Part shown: positions 44,705 through 53,617 of the stretch, one piece after another | Position numbering within the stretch: the first letter of the stretch is position 1 | Layout of the letters: each line of letters begins with the position of its first letter | Assembly (NCBI GenBank): GCA_902464485.1 | Contig: CABQJJ010000005.1 | Location: 959-64,958, forward strand | From: an uncultured Collinsella sp. | GTDB taxonomy: Bacteria; Actinomycetota; Coriobacteriia; Coriobacteriales; Coriobacteriaceae | Length of the DNA: 64,000 nt | Reading direction: 5' to 3' | Program-made: the position numbers and the translations under genes | Notes under the pieces: generated by a model | Told to the model about the DNA's origin: nothing | Databases searched by the model: none | The model's input: the letters and a program-made list of their open reading frames with translations, nothing else

Positions 44705-45772
44705 ATGCGCGACAAGCTCGAAAAGATCATCAAGGCCTATGAGGAGCTCGAGAAGAAGCTCTCCGACCCGGCCGTCGCCTCCGACATCAAGGAGTTCACG
44801 CGTCTCAACAAGGAGTATGCGCACCAGTCCGACCTCATCGCCGCCTCGCGCGAGTACATCGGTGCGCTCGATGACATCGAGGCCGCCAAGGAAATGCTCC
44901 ACGATACCACCGATTCTGATGAGAAGGAGATGCTCCAGATGGACATCTCCGAGAACGAGGCCAAGCTTCCCCAGCTCGAGGAAGACATCAAGTACATGCT
45001 CATCCCGAGCGACCCCAACGACGACAAGAACACCATCGTCGAGATTCGTTCCGCCGCCGGTGGCGACGAGGCTGCCATCTTTGCTGGCGACCTGTACAAG
45101 ATGTATCAGCGTTTCTGCGAGTCGCGTGGCTGGAAGACCACCGTGCTCGATTCCAGCCCCAGCGAGGCCGGCGGCTTTAAGTCCATCGAGTTCAAGGTCG
45201 AGGGCGACCGCGTCTACTCCGTCATGAAGTACGAGTCCGGCGTGCACCGCGTCCAACGCGTTCCCAAGACCGAGTCCCAGGGCCGCATCCAGACTTCCAC
45301 GGCTACTGTCGCCGTGCTTCCCGAGGCCGAGGAAATCGACGTCCAGATTAATCAGTCCGACCTGCGCATCGACACCTACTGCGCCTCCGGACCTGGCGGT
45401 CAGTGCGTTAATACCACCTACTCCGCCGTGCGCATCACCCACCTGCCCACCAACACCGTGGTGCAGTCCCAGGAGCAGCGCTCCCAGATCCAGAACCGCG
45501 AGGTCTGCATGCAGATGCTGCGTGCCCGCCTGTACGAGATGGAGCTCGAGAAGCAGCAGGCAGAGCTTGGTGCCGAGCGCCAGAGCCAGATTGGCCACGG
45601 CAACCGTTCCGAGAAGATTCGTACCTACAACCAGCCCCAGGACCGCGTGACCGACCACCGCATCGGTTTCAACTCCACCTACAACGGCGTCCTTCTGGGC
45701 GACCAGCTCGGCACCGTGATCGAGGCGCTCGCCGCCGCAGAGCGCGCCGAGAAGCTGGCACAGGCCGTTTAG
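44705..45772 (+). CDS. prfA: Peptide chain release factor 1
   Basis: 355 aa with AAGGAG RBS. GGQCVNTT (GGQ motif) and RVPKTESQGRIQTS (PxT region). Confidence 0.95.
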   Translation: MRDKLEKIIKAYEELEKKLSDPAVASDIKEFTRLNKEYAHQSDLIAASREYIGALDDIEAAKEMLHDTTDSDEKEMLQMDISENEAKLPQLEEDIKYMLIPSDPNDDKNTIVEIRSAAGGDEAAIFAGDLYKMYQRFCESRGWKTTVLDSSPSEAGGFKSIEFKVEGDRVYSVMKYESGVHRVQRVPKTESQGRIQTSTATVAVLPEAEEIDVQINQSDLRIDTYCASGPGGQCVNTTYSAVRITHLPTNTVVQSQEQRSQIQNREVCMQMLRARLYEMELEKQQAELGAERQSQIGHGNRSEKIRTYNQPQDRVTDHRIGFNSTYNGVLLGDQLGTVIEALAAAERAEKLAQAV

Positions 45773-45775
45773 TAG

Positions 45776-45922
45776 GTTACGCGGTTTTGCCAAACCGCGT
45801 AACGGCTCGACGCTGCGCGCCGCCCAGAGCGACAATTTGTCATTCAAAAGGCAAGGCATGACCAGAAGGTCTATGCCTTGCCTTTTTCATGCCAACTTGT
45901 TCGCTCTGGACGTCGCTCGCTG
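45776..45922. repeat. 147-nt structured intergenic repeat, copy 1 (5' hairpin plus long imperfect hairpin ending in a T-run)
   Basis: Aligns end to end with 60591-60737, with 13 differences by my count. Inner stem GGCAAGGCAT/ATGCCTTGCC is followed by TTTTT. It starts 4 nt after the prfA stop. Confidence 0.8.
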
Positions 45923-46283
45923 TCCGTCCTCTACCTGCGGCGTTGCCTTGCTCCGGATGCGGTGGTCACTGTCATACGTCTGCCATCGAAAATGATGCTC
46001 ATAAAAATCGTCCAAGAAGTCGCGGGGCGATTTTAACCGCGTTGTGCGTCGAGCGATTTGGCGGGTATCCGGTTGGATGTTAGTCAGCTCAGGGCAACCT
46101 TGCCAAAAGCTTGACGGATTCAAATGTGGACGTCGGCGAATGAACACTTTGGACGGGGCCAAACCAAAAAAACTGGGCTGATTCTCGATAATTGCTTTCA
46201 ATTGTCCCTTGCCAAGCACTGGCCTCGCGTACAATCTGCTCCGACATTCGCGCGCCGCCCGGCGCTTAGGAGGGGAGGACCCC

Positions 46284-47534
46284 ATGGCAAACGAGATTTG
46301 GACCATCAAGCGCTGTCTCGAGTGGACCAAGGAGTACCTAGCCGATCGTGGCGAGGAGCATCCCCGTCTTTCTGCCGAATGGTTGCTTTGCGCTGCTACG
46401 GGTCTGGCGCGTATCGACTTATACATGCGTATGGACGAGGAGCTCGATACGCCGCAGCTCGAGACCATGCACGCCGCCGTCGTGCGCCGCGCCAAAGGCG
46501 AGCCTCTGCAGTACATCACCGGCAGTACGCAGTTTCGCATGATCGATGTCGCTTGCGCTCCTGGCGTGCTCATCCCGCGTCCCGAGACCGAGATGCTCGT
46601 CGAGGAAGTCCTCAATTATTTGGATGCTGAGGTGCTGGATCCCAATGCTGCCACCCGCCAGCGTGCGGAATTGCCCTGGAACGACGAGGTGGAGCAGGCA
46701 CGCAAGGCCGAGGCTGCGCTGGCTGATGAGCGTGCGACCGCCGAACGCCGTGCGGCAAATCTGACGGCTGCCGATGAGGCGGCGCTGGGCGGGGGCGTGT
46801 TGGGCAGCCGTGCCTATGCCGAGGAGCTGGCAGATCGCGAAGCCGAGGAAGACGCCGCGAAGGTCACAGAAGCCGAGGCGGCAGAAGCTTCCGCCCCCGA
46901 GCTCGATGAATACGGCATCGCCATCGAAGGCGCTGGCCAGGGAGCGATTCCCGCGCAAGACGCCGCCGCGCCCGCCCCAGCCGACTCCCGTATCGCTCGT
47001 ATTCTCGAGGTCGGTTGCGGCACGGGTTGCATCTCGCTCTCCCTTGCCTGGGAACGCCGCGGCCACGTTACCTGTACCGCCACCGATATCGAACCGCGCG
47101 CCATCGACCTGGCCACTAAAAACCGCGATGCGCTTGGTCTCACGTCCGGGGAGGTCGCCTTCAGCCTCACAAACCTGGTGAGTTCTATCCCCCGCGAGGA
47201 ATGGGGCACCTTCGACGTGCTCGTCTCCAACCCGCCCTATATCCCCACCGATGTCATGCGCTCGCTGCCGCACGAGGTCAAAGACTTCGAACCCGACTTG
47301 GCGCTCGAGGGCGGCGCCGACGGCCTAGATATCTTCCGTCGCCTGCTCAATGCGGCGCCCTATATGCTGCGCTCCGGCGGTCTGTTTGCCTGTGAGCTCT
47401 ATGAGGGCGCTCTTGACGCTGCCGCTGAGCTCTGCCGCCAGGCGGGTCTTTCGGATGTGCGTATCGTCCGCGACCTCACCGATCGTCCCCGCATCGTCCG
47501 AGCCATCGTCACCGAGCCCAAGCAGCGTCAGTAA
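46284..47534 (+). CDS. prmC: Release-factor glutamine N5-methyltransferase PrmC/HemK with a large Ala/Glu-rich insertion
   Basis: ORF 46209..47534, with ATG 46284 after GGAGGGGAGG. Motifs LIPRPETE, ILEVGCGTGCI (motif I) and SNPPYIP (NPPY). Confidence 0.85.
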   Translation: MANEIWTIKRCLEWTKEYLADRGEEHPRLSAEWLLCAATGLARIDLYMRMDEELDTPQLETMHAAVVRRAKGEPLQYITGSTQFRMIDVACAPGVLIPRPETEMLVEEVLNYLDAEVLDPNAATRQRAELPWNDEVEQARKAEAALADERATAERRAANLTAADEAALGGGVLGSRAYAEELADREAEEDAAKVTEAEAAEASAPELDEYGIAIEGAGQGAIPAQDAAAPAPADSRIARILEVGCGTGCISLSLAWERRGHVTCTATDIEPRAIDLATKNRDALGLTSGEVAFSLTNLVSSIPREEWGTFDVLVSNPPYIPTDVMRSLPHEVKDFEPDLALEGGADGLDIFRRLLNAAPYMLRSGGLFACELYEGALDAAAELCRQAGLSDVRIVRDLTDRPRIVRAIVTEPKQRQ

Positions 47535-47745
47535 AGTACGAAGCGTGTTGGCGGCGCGGCGGACGGAAGCGCTGCGCCGGAAATACAAAGAGGCTCGTTG
47601 CTGCGCAATAACCCCCTCACTTTCACCGACTACTATAGCCGCTCACCAAACCAACATGCGCTGTGGACAAATGGGTTAAACGTTTCGTGCGAGAATGCCC
47701 CTCAGCAAGCAAACATTTACCAGAGCGTAAGGGGCTGGCATACAC

Positions 47746-48489
47746 ATGCAGACGGTCTATCGGGTATTCGAGGGAGCGCGTGAGCCGCATCGGCTCGCTG
47801 TCGAGCGTACGGCCGAGGTGCTCGGTCGTGGTGGCCTGGCTTTGATCCCGACCGAGACCGTCTATGGCGTCGCTGTGGCAGTCAACGCCTTCTCGGATGC
47901 CGTACCCCAAGATACAAGCGAATTCCCGTCGTGGCCGCGCGATCCGCAGACTTCCGTCAACGGCGCCAAGGTCCCGGCGCTCGGCACCGGCTACCGTCGC
48001 ATCTTTACCCTCAAACAGCGCGAGCTTACTCAAACCGTAGCCTGGCTGGTCGATGGCGCCGAAGCCCTCGACCGCTATGGCGTGCATATCCCTAACGAGG
48101 CTCGTACACTCGCCAAAAGATGCTGGCCGGGCGCCCTGACTATCGTGGTCAAGGCGGCTCCCTGCGTGCCGACCTTTATGCGCGCCGCAGACGGCACGGT
48201 GGCACTTCGCGCGTCGGCCTCGCCTGTGGTGCAGGCGCTCATCCACTCCTGCGGCAGTCCACTTGCCTGTACCAGCGCCAATACACACGGGGCGCCCTCG
48301 CCGGCAAGCTTCGCCGCCGTGGAGGACCGCATCCTGGAGGGGGTCGATGTTGCCGTCGACGCCGGCGAGACCCCGTGTCGCGACGCCTCGACCATCGTGT
48401 CGTTCCAGCACGGCGGACTCCAGATCCTGCGCCAAGGCGCACTTCCCGCATCAGAGATCGAGCGGGTCCTGTCTGACCCGATGCAATAG
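47746..48489 (+). CDS. tsaC: L-threonylcarbamoyladenylate synthase (Sua5/YwlC/TsaC family)
   Basis: 247 aa. Motifs LIPTETVYGVA, ALRASASP and CTSANTHGAPSP. Confidence 0.8.
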   Translation: MQTVYRVFEGAREPHRLAVERTAEVLGRGGLALIPTETVYGVAVAVNAFSDAVPQDTSEFPSWPRDPQTSVNGAKVPALGTGYRRIFTLKQRELTQTVAWLVDGAEALDRYGVHIPNEARTLAKRCWPGALTIVVKAAPCVPTFMRAADGTVALRASASPVVQALIHSCGSPLACTSANTHGAPSPASFAAVEDRILEGVDVAVDAGETPCRDASTIVSFQHGGLQILRQGALPASEIERVLSDPMQ

Positions 48490-48502
48490 AAAGGTGTAAG
48501 CG

Positions 48503-50044
48503 ATGTCGTTGAATCTGGGCAGCCTGGGCATGGAAGATGCCTCGTTTAACTTTGGCGGTTCCTACATCATGGCGCTCGACTGCGGCACCACCTCGGTACT
48601 TGCGACCATCGTCGACGAGTACGGATGCATCGTCGCGCAGGCACGTCGCAGCGTCAAAACCAGCTTCCCGCGCCCCGGCTGGGTGGAGCAAGATCCCATG
48701 GCGGTCCTTGCCAGCCAGATCGCGGTCATGATGGAGGTCCAGTTTAAGAGCGGGATTCATTCCGACCGCATCGCCGCCATCGGTATCTCCAATCAGCGTG
48801 AGACCACGGTGGTCTGGGACCGCGTGAGCGGCCAGCCCATCTATAACGCCATCGTATGGCAGTGCCGTCGTACCGCGTCTCTGATCGATAATTTGGTTGA
48901 GCAGGGCGCAGAAGAGCTGGTGCGCTCCCGCACGGGGCTTACGCTCGACCCGTATTTCTCGGCCTCCAAGGTGCAGTGGATTCTCGATAACGTCGACGGC
49001 GCGCGCGAGAGCGCGGCGGCGGGCGACCTTATGTTTGGTACCATCGATACGTGGCTCATCTACAATCTCACCGGTGGTCAGGTCTTTGCTACCGACTATA
49101 CCAATGCTAGCCGCACCGCACTCTTCAACATCCATACGCTCGAATGGGACGACGACCTGCTGGCGCTCTTCGACATCCCGCGCTCCATGATGCCCGAGGT
49201 TCGCTGGAGCTCGGGTGACTACGGCCGCGTCGCGAGCGATATTATGACCAACATGCCGCCCATCATGGGCGTGGCGGGCGACCAGCAGGCTTCGTTGTTT
49301 GGCCACTGCTGCTTCCATCCCGGTCAGACCAAGAATACCTATGGCACGGGCTGCTTTATGCTCATGAACACTGGCGACGAGATTGTCGAGTCCAAAAATG
49401 GCCTGGTTTCCACCATCGGTATCGCTGCGGACGGCAAGATCAGCTATGCGCTCGAAGGCTCCATTTTTGCCGCCGGCTCCACCATGAACTGGCTGCGCGA
49501 CAACATGGGCATCATCTCCAACGTGACCGAGTCGGCGCAGCTTGCCGCCTCGATTGGCGACAACGAGGGCTGCTACTTCGTTCCCGCCTTTGCGGGCTTG
49601 GGTGCTCCCTGGTGGGATCCGCATGCCCGCGGTATCGTGTGCGGCCTGACTGGTGCCTCGAGCCGCGCAACCATCGTGCGTGCCGCCTGCGAGTCCATGG
49701 CCTATCAGAGCTACGATGTGCTGCGTGCCATGGAGCAGGACGTGGGTCTTTCGATTGAGCGCCTATCCGTCGATGGCGGCGCCTCGCGCAACGAGTTCAT
49801 CATGCAGTTCCAGTCCGACCTGCTGAATATTCCCGTACTGCAATGCGAGTCGGTGGAGACTACGGCAATCGGTGCCGCGTATCTGGCGGGCCTCGCGGTT
49901 GGGTATTGGGAGGATCTGGAGGAGCTGGAGCAAAACACCCAGATTGTTAAGACCTTCTATCCCCATATGTCCGTTGAGCGCCGCGAGCGCAACTTGGACG
50001 GTTGGCACGATGCGGTCAAGCGTTCGCTCAGTACTGAGCAGTAG
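48503..50044 (+). CDS. glpK: Glycerol kinase
   Basis: 513 aa. Motifs [30 protein letters not shown] and VDGGASRN. The start could be ATG 48503 (GAAAGGTG RBS) or ATG 48530. Confidence 0.95.
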   Translation: MSLNLGSLGMEDASFNFGGSYIMALDCGTTSVLATIVDEYGCIVAQARRSVKTSFPRPGWVEQDPMAVLASQIAVMMEVQFKSGIHSDRIAAIGISNQRETTVVWDRVSGQPIYNAIVWQCRRTASLIDNLVEQGAEELVRSRTGLTLDPYFSASKVQWILDNVDGARESAAAGDLMFGTIDTWLIYNLTGGQVFATDYTNASRTALFNIHTLEWDDDLLALFDIPRSMMPEVRWSSGDYGRVASDIMTNMPPIMGVAGDQQASLFGHCCFHPGQTKNTYGTGCFMLMNTGDEIVESKNGLVSTIGIAADGKISYALEGSIFAAGSTMNWLRDNMGIISNVTESAQLAASIGDNEGCYFVPAFAGLGAPWWDPHARGIVCGLTGASSRATIVRAACESMAYQSYDVLRAMEQDVGLSIERLSVDGGASRNEFIMQFQSDLLNIPVLQCESVETTAIGAAYLAGLAVGYWEDLEELEQNTQIVKTFYPHMSVERRERNLDGWHDAVKRSLSTEQ

Positions 50045-50165
50045 GGCTGCGACGGGGCGCTCGATACAACAAACCGCTAAACTTATGCACGGCGCGTGGC
50101 AACAGCACCGCGGCGCGCCGTGTCAGCAAAGCCATCTTGCGGCCGCAATGAAAGGGGCAAGACCC

Positions 50166-50813
50166 ATGACCGTTACCTACGATACGTCCCGTGTGACGCT
50201 TGTCGACCATCCGCTTGTTCAGCATAAGCTGTCGATTCTCCGCGACAAGAAGACCGGCACCAATCAGTTCCGCCAGCTCGTCCGCGAACTTGCGTTTTTT
50301 GACGGTTACGAGGCAATGCGCGACCTGCCCATGGAAGACGTCGAAGTCGAGACTCCCATCACTACCGCCACGTTTAAGCAGCTTGCCGGCAAGAAGCTCG
50401 CCATCGTTCCCATTCTGCGTGCGGGTCTTGGCATGGTTGACGGTATTCTCGACCTGGTGCCTTCTGCCCGCGTGGGCCACATTGGCATGGAGCGTGACGA
50501 GGTTACCCATGAACCTCACGAGTATTACTGCAAGATGCCCAAGGATATCGACCAGCGTATCTGTCTGGTCGTCGACCCTATGCTCGCCACGGGCGGCTCG
50601 GCCGAGATGGCCATCAGCTATCTGCGCGAGCGCGGTGTCAAGGACATTCGCATGCTGTGCATCGTCGCGGCCCCCGAGGGCCTCAAGTCACTGACCGAGA
50701 AGGATCCCGACGTGCATATCTATACCTGCGCTATCGACGACCATCTCAACGAGGCCGCCTACATCGTTCCCGGCCTGGGCGACGCCGGCGACCGCATCTA
50801 CGGCACGCTCTAG
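50166..50813 (+). CDS. upp: Uracil phosphoribosyltransferase
   Basis: In-frame ATG 50166 within ORF 49872..50813, after AAAGGGG. Motifs [24 protein letters not shown] and [12 protein letters not shown]. Confidence 0.95.
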   Translation: MTVTYDTSRVTLVDHPLVQHKLSILRDKKTGTNQFRQLVRELAFFDGYEAMRDLPMEDVEVETPITTATFKQLAGKKLAIVPILRAGLGMVDGILDLVPSARVGHIGMERDEVTHEPHEYYCKMPKDIDQRICLVVDPMLATGGSAEMAISYLRERGVKDIRMLCIVAAPEGLKSLTEKDPDVHIYTCAIDDHLNEAAYIVPGLGDAGDRIYGTL

Positions 50814-51004
50814 TCGTCGGGCCTTGTCGGCTACGGTCACAAATACGAAGAAATGGTGCGCGCGGGCGAGCAAAAGACGTCCACGCGCATTCCTGTTAAC
50901 GGACGTTTAGCCCAGAGGGGTTCGAGAAAAACGTATTACCTACCTGCGGCATAAAGAAGGTCTTAAGAAAACGAACAGGTGCGTATTAACCGATGCTTTT
51001 TCGG

Positions 51005-51032
51005 TTGTACTTTAGCGATTGGCTCGTACAAT
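51005..51032 (+). promoter_or_regulatory. Candidate sigma-70-type promoter for the atp operon
   Basis: TTGTAC (51005-51010), 16 nt, then TACAAT (51027-51032), about 60 nt upstream of the first atp-cluster ORF. Confidence 0.35.
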
Positions 51033-51094
51033 AGTCACCAATGTTTGGCGGGAACTGTTCTGGGAAGCGTTAAAAAAAGAAAGTGAGGACGCCA

Positions 51095-51406
51095 GTGTTT
51101 CAGATAGCCGATCTGCTCGCTATCGTTGCAGGCGCCATCGCGGGCGCGGTCGCCTTTCTTCCCTTTGTTTTTACGCTCAAGCCGGTTCTTGACGATAAAC
51201 AGAATGCGGACATGCTCAAGGGTATGGTGAGTCTGGCGGTCTCGGCAATCGCCCTGCTCGTTTTTACCTTGGTTGTGTTTGCGTTGTTCGGAGAGGCGTT
51301 TCGCATGTTCCTCCTGGGCGAGGCGATCGGCTTCGTGGCCTTTATGGCCGCCTGCGCGGTTCGCGTCGCCAAGGCGCTGCGAGATCCTCATGAGGTCGAA
51401 AGGTAA
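51095..51406 (+). CDS. Small hydrophobic protein in the AtpI position (ATP synthase protein I-like, assigned by position only)
   Basis: ORF 51083..51406, with a likely GTG 51095 after GTGAGGA. Three hydrophobic segments. Immediately precedes atpB. Confidence 0.45.
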   Translation: MFQIADLLAIVAGAIAGAVAFLPFVFTLKPVLDDKQNADMLKGMVSLAVSAIALLVFTLVVFALFGEAFRMFLLGEAIGFVAFMAACAVRVAKALRDPHEVER

Positions 51407-51409
51407 GTC

Positions 51410-52213
51410 GTGGAAATTTTTGAAAAGCTGCCTGATGAGATTAATCATCTGGTCAGCGAGTTCAGCTCCACCCCTGTCGTGGGCGATCTGAGCTGCGGCA
51501 TCACGCAGTACTCGTTTTGGCTGATCGTCTCCACGATCGTGCTCCTGATCGTCCTGGCCGTGTTCAAGAAGAAGCAGACCCTGGTTCCCAAGGGCTTCTT
51601 CGTCAACGGTTTCGAGTACATCATCGAGTACGTCGAGAACGATATCGGCAAGGGCGTCGTGGGTGAGAACTGGAAGAAGCACTTCCCGTTCCTGTGCTCG
51701 CTTTTCCTGTTCATCCTGATCAATAACATGATTGGCCTGATCCCGGGAATGAAGCCCGGCACCGGCGCAATCGGCTCCACCGCCGCGCTCGCCATCTTCG
51801 CCTTCGTGTACTTCATTTACTACGGATGCAAGGCTCACGGCGTGATCGGCTACATCAAGAGCCTCGCCCCGCAGGGCGTGAGCTTCCCGATGAACGTGCT
51901 TGTGTGGGTCGTCGAGCTTTTCTCGACCTTCCTGCGCCTCATCACGCTTGCCGTCCGTCTGTTCTGCAACATGTTCGCAGGACACGTGGTCATGGGCTCG
52001 TTCGCCATCATGGCGAGCATGTTCATGCAGCCGCTGCTTCAGCAGGTTTCCGCGGCTCACGCCGTCGGCGCCCTGCCTTCGCTGGCCTGGCTTGCCATCC
52101 TCATCCTGATCTATGCGATCGAGCTTGTAGTCGGCGCCATCCAGGCTTACGTCTTCACGGTCCTTACCGCCGTGTATGTTTCCGAGGCAGAGGAGGTTGC
52201 GGAGGAGGAGTAG
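51410..52213 (+). CDS. atpB: F0F1 ATP synthase subunit a
   Basis: GTG start after GAAAGG. Conserved LRLITLAVRLFCNMFAGH (essential Arg region). Confidence 0.9.
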   Translation: MEIFEKLPDEINHLVSEFSSTPVVGDLSCGITQYSFWLIVSTIVLLIVLAVFKKKQTLVPKGFFVNGFEYIIEYVENDIGKGVVGENWKKHFPFLCSLFLFILINNMIGLIPGMKPGTGAIGSTAALAIFAFVYFIYYGCKAHGVIGYIKSLAPQGVSFPMNVLVWVVELFSTFLRLITLAVRLFCNMFAGHVVMGSFAIMASMFMQPLLQQVSAAHAVGALPSLAWLAILILIYAIELVVGAIQAYVFTVLTAVYVSEAEEVAEEE

Positions 52214-52338
52214 TCTTCCGTTCGCGCCTTAAAGGTAAGGCAATTCGTTCAACCGCTGGTGCCCGTACCCATGGAGCCCGGCAGTTATAAATAAGGTTAT
52301 CCTGCGTGAAATAAGACACGCACGACAAAGGAGGAATC

Positions 52339-52533
52339 GTGGGAGTTATCGGTTACGGTCTCGGTGTTATCGGCGCTGGTCTTGCTATCGGCCTGTCTGC
52401 TCTGGGTGCTACGGGTGCTATGGCCCGTCAGCCTGAGGTCCAGGGCCGCGTGTTCACCGTCTTCATCATGGGCTCCGCCTTCGGCGAGGCTCTGGCTCTG
52501 ATCGGCTTCGTTGTCGCGCTGATCGTTAAATAG
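52339..52533 (+). CDS. atpE: F0F1 ATP synthase subunit c
   Basis: 64 aa with a GTG start after AAAGGAGGA. ARQPE loop and FGEALALIGF (carboxylate Glu). Confidence 0.9.
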   Translation: MGVIGYGLGVIGAGLAIGLSALGATGAMARQPEVQGRVFTVFIMGSAFGEALALIGFVVALIVK

Positions 52534-52548
52534 CACGGAGCGTCAAGT

Positions 52549-53151
52549 ATGAATCTTTCATCCCAGAAGAGCGCGATCGCACTCTCCGCGTCCGCGGCCG
52601 CGCTGCTCATGCCGGTTTCCGCGTTCGCCGAGGACGGCGCTGCCGGTGCGGACATCCTCATCCCTAAGATGGCGGAGTTCATCCCGGCGCTTATCGCCTT
52701 CCTGATCATCTGGATCGTGCTGGCCAAGGTCGCCCTGCCGGGCATCATGAAAACCATGGAGGAGCGCGGCAAGAAGATCGAGGAGAGCCTCGACGAGGCC
52801 GAGAAGACCAAGCAGGAGGCCATCGCCAAGCGCGCTGAGTCCGACTCGATCGTCACCGACGCCCGTCGTCAGGCTGCCGACATCGTTCTCGAGGCTCGTA
52901 AGGACGCCGAGTCCGAGCGCGCCCGTATCATCGAGGCTGCTCACAAGGAGGCCGAGGAGATCATCGCCAAGGCCCACACGACCGTCGAGGACGAGCGCAA
53001 GTCCATCTACGCCGGTGCCGCGAGCTCCATCGCCGACCTGTCCGTTGCCGTCGCCACCAAGATCGTGGGCGAGGCACTCGAGGACGAGGCCGAGCAGAAG
53101 AAGCTCATCGAGCGCTACATCCAGGAAGCAGGTAGCCTGAATGCCGACTAG
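52549..53151 (+). CDS. atpF: F0F1 ATP synthase subunit b (with a signal-peptide-like N-terminal extension)
   Basis: 200 aa. A TM segment followed by a long charged helix (EESLDEAEKTKQEAIAKRAE...). Gene order supports the call. Confidence 0.85.
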   Translation: MNLSSQKSAIALSASAAALLMPVSAFAEDGAAGADILIPKMAEFIPALIAFLIIWIVLAKVALPGIMKTMEERGKKIEESLDEAEKTKQEAIAKRAESDSIVTDARRQAADIVLEARKDAESERARIIEAAHKEAEEIIAKAHTTVEDERKSIYAGAASSIADLSVAVATKIVGEALEDEAEQKKLIERYIQEAGSLNAD

Positions 53152-53617
53152 CCGCTATCAGGACAAGGTGCTCGAGACCTACGCGCGCTCCCTTCTGGAA
53201 GCCGCCAAGGCCGAGAACCATGTGTTCGAGGACCTCGAGATGATCGAGCGTCTGGCTTCCGCCAGCCCCGAGATCATCGCCGTGCTCGACACCATGTCCA
53301 AGCGCGACCAGCTCGACCTTCTTCCCAAGGTGGCAGCTGCCTTTAAGTATGTTGCCGAGGAAGATGAGGATGTAGTGGGCGTGACCGTCACCACGGCGAT
53401 CCCGCTCGACGACGAGCTGCGTCAAACCATCACTAAGAAATGCGAGCAGGACTTCGGCCGCAAGGTATTCCTTATCGAGCAGGTCGACCCGTCTATCGTG
53501 GGCGGCCTGGTGCTCGAGGCCCGCGGCGAGCGTCGTGACATCTCCGTCAAGACGCAGCTGCGCATCGCGCAGGAGACCCTCGCAAACTCTGCTAATTCGT
53601 ACGGAGGTGAAGCCTAA
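53141..53617 (+). CDS. atpH: F0F1 ATP synthase subunit delta
   Basis: 158 aa. Overlaps the atpF stop. C-terminal [18 protein letters not shown] motif, plus position in the operon. Confidence 0.8.
   Translation: MPTSRYQDKVLETYARSLLEAAKAENHVFEDLEMIERLASASPEIIAVLDTMSKRDQLDLLPKVAAAFKYVAEEDEDVVGVTVTTAIPLDDELRQTITKKCEQDFGRKVFLIEQVDPSIVGGLVLEARGERRDISVKTQLRIAQETLANSANSYGGEA

Noticed and set aside
44705-45772. Checked the release-factor gene for a programmed +1 frameshift
   Set aside because: That feature belongs to prfB (RF2). This gene is RF1, has an uninterrupted frame, and shows no internal in-frame stop or SD-like slippery context.
45887-46615. 242-aa minus-strand ORF in the prfA-prmC gap
   Set aside because: Its 5' half is antisense to prmC. 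The remainder runs through the structured repeat. The protein is Ser/Arg/Pro-rich with no RBS. I treat the gap as non-coding.
47662-47670. TGTGGACAA, a match to the actinobacterial DnaA box TTGTCCACA, in the prmC-tsaC intergenic region
   Set aside because: It is a single isolated 9-mer with no neighbouring boxes or AT-rich unwinding element, so it is compatible with chance.
52339-52533. Possible Na+-translocating c subunit
   Set aside because: The residues around the carboxylate read FGEALAL. They lack the Ser/Thr that follows the Glu, and the upstream Gln that I associate with Na+-binding c-rings. This is consistent with an ordinary H+ enzyme.
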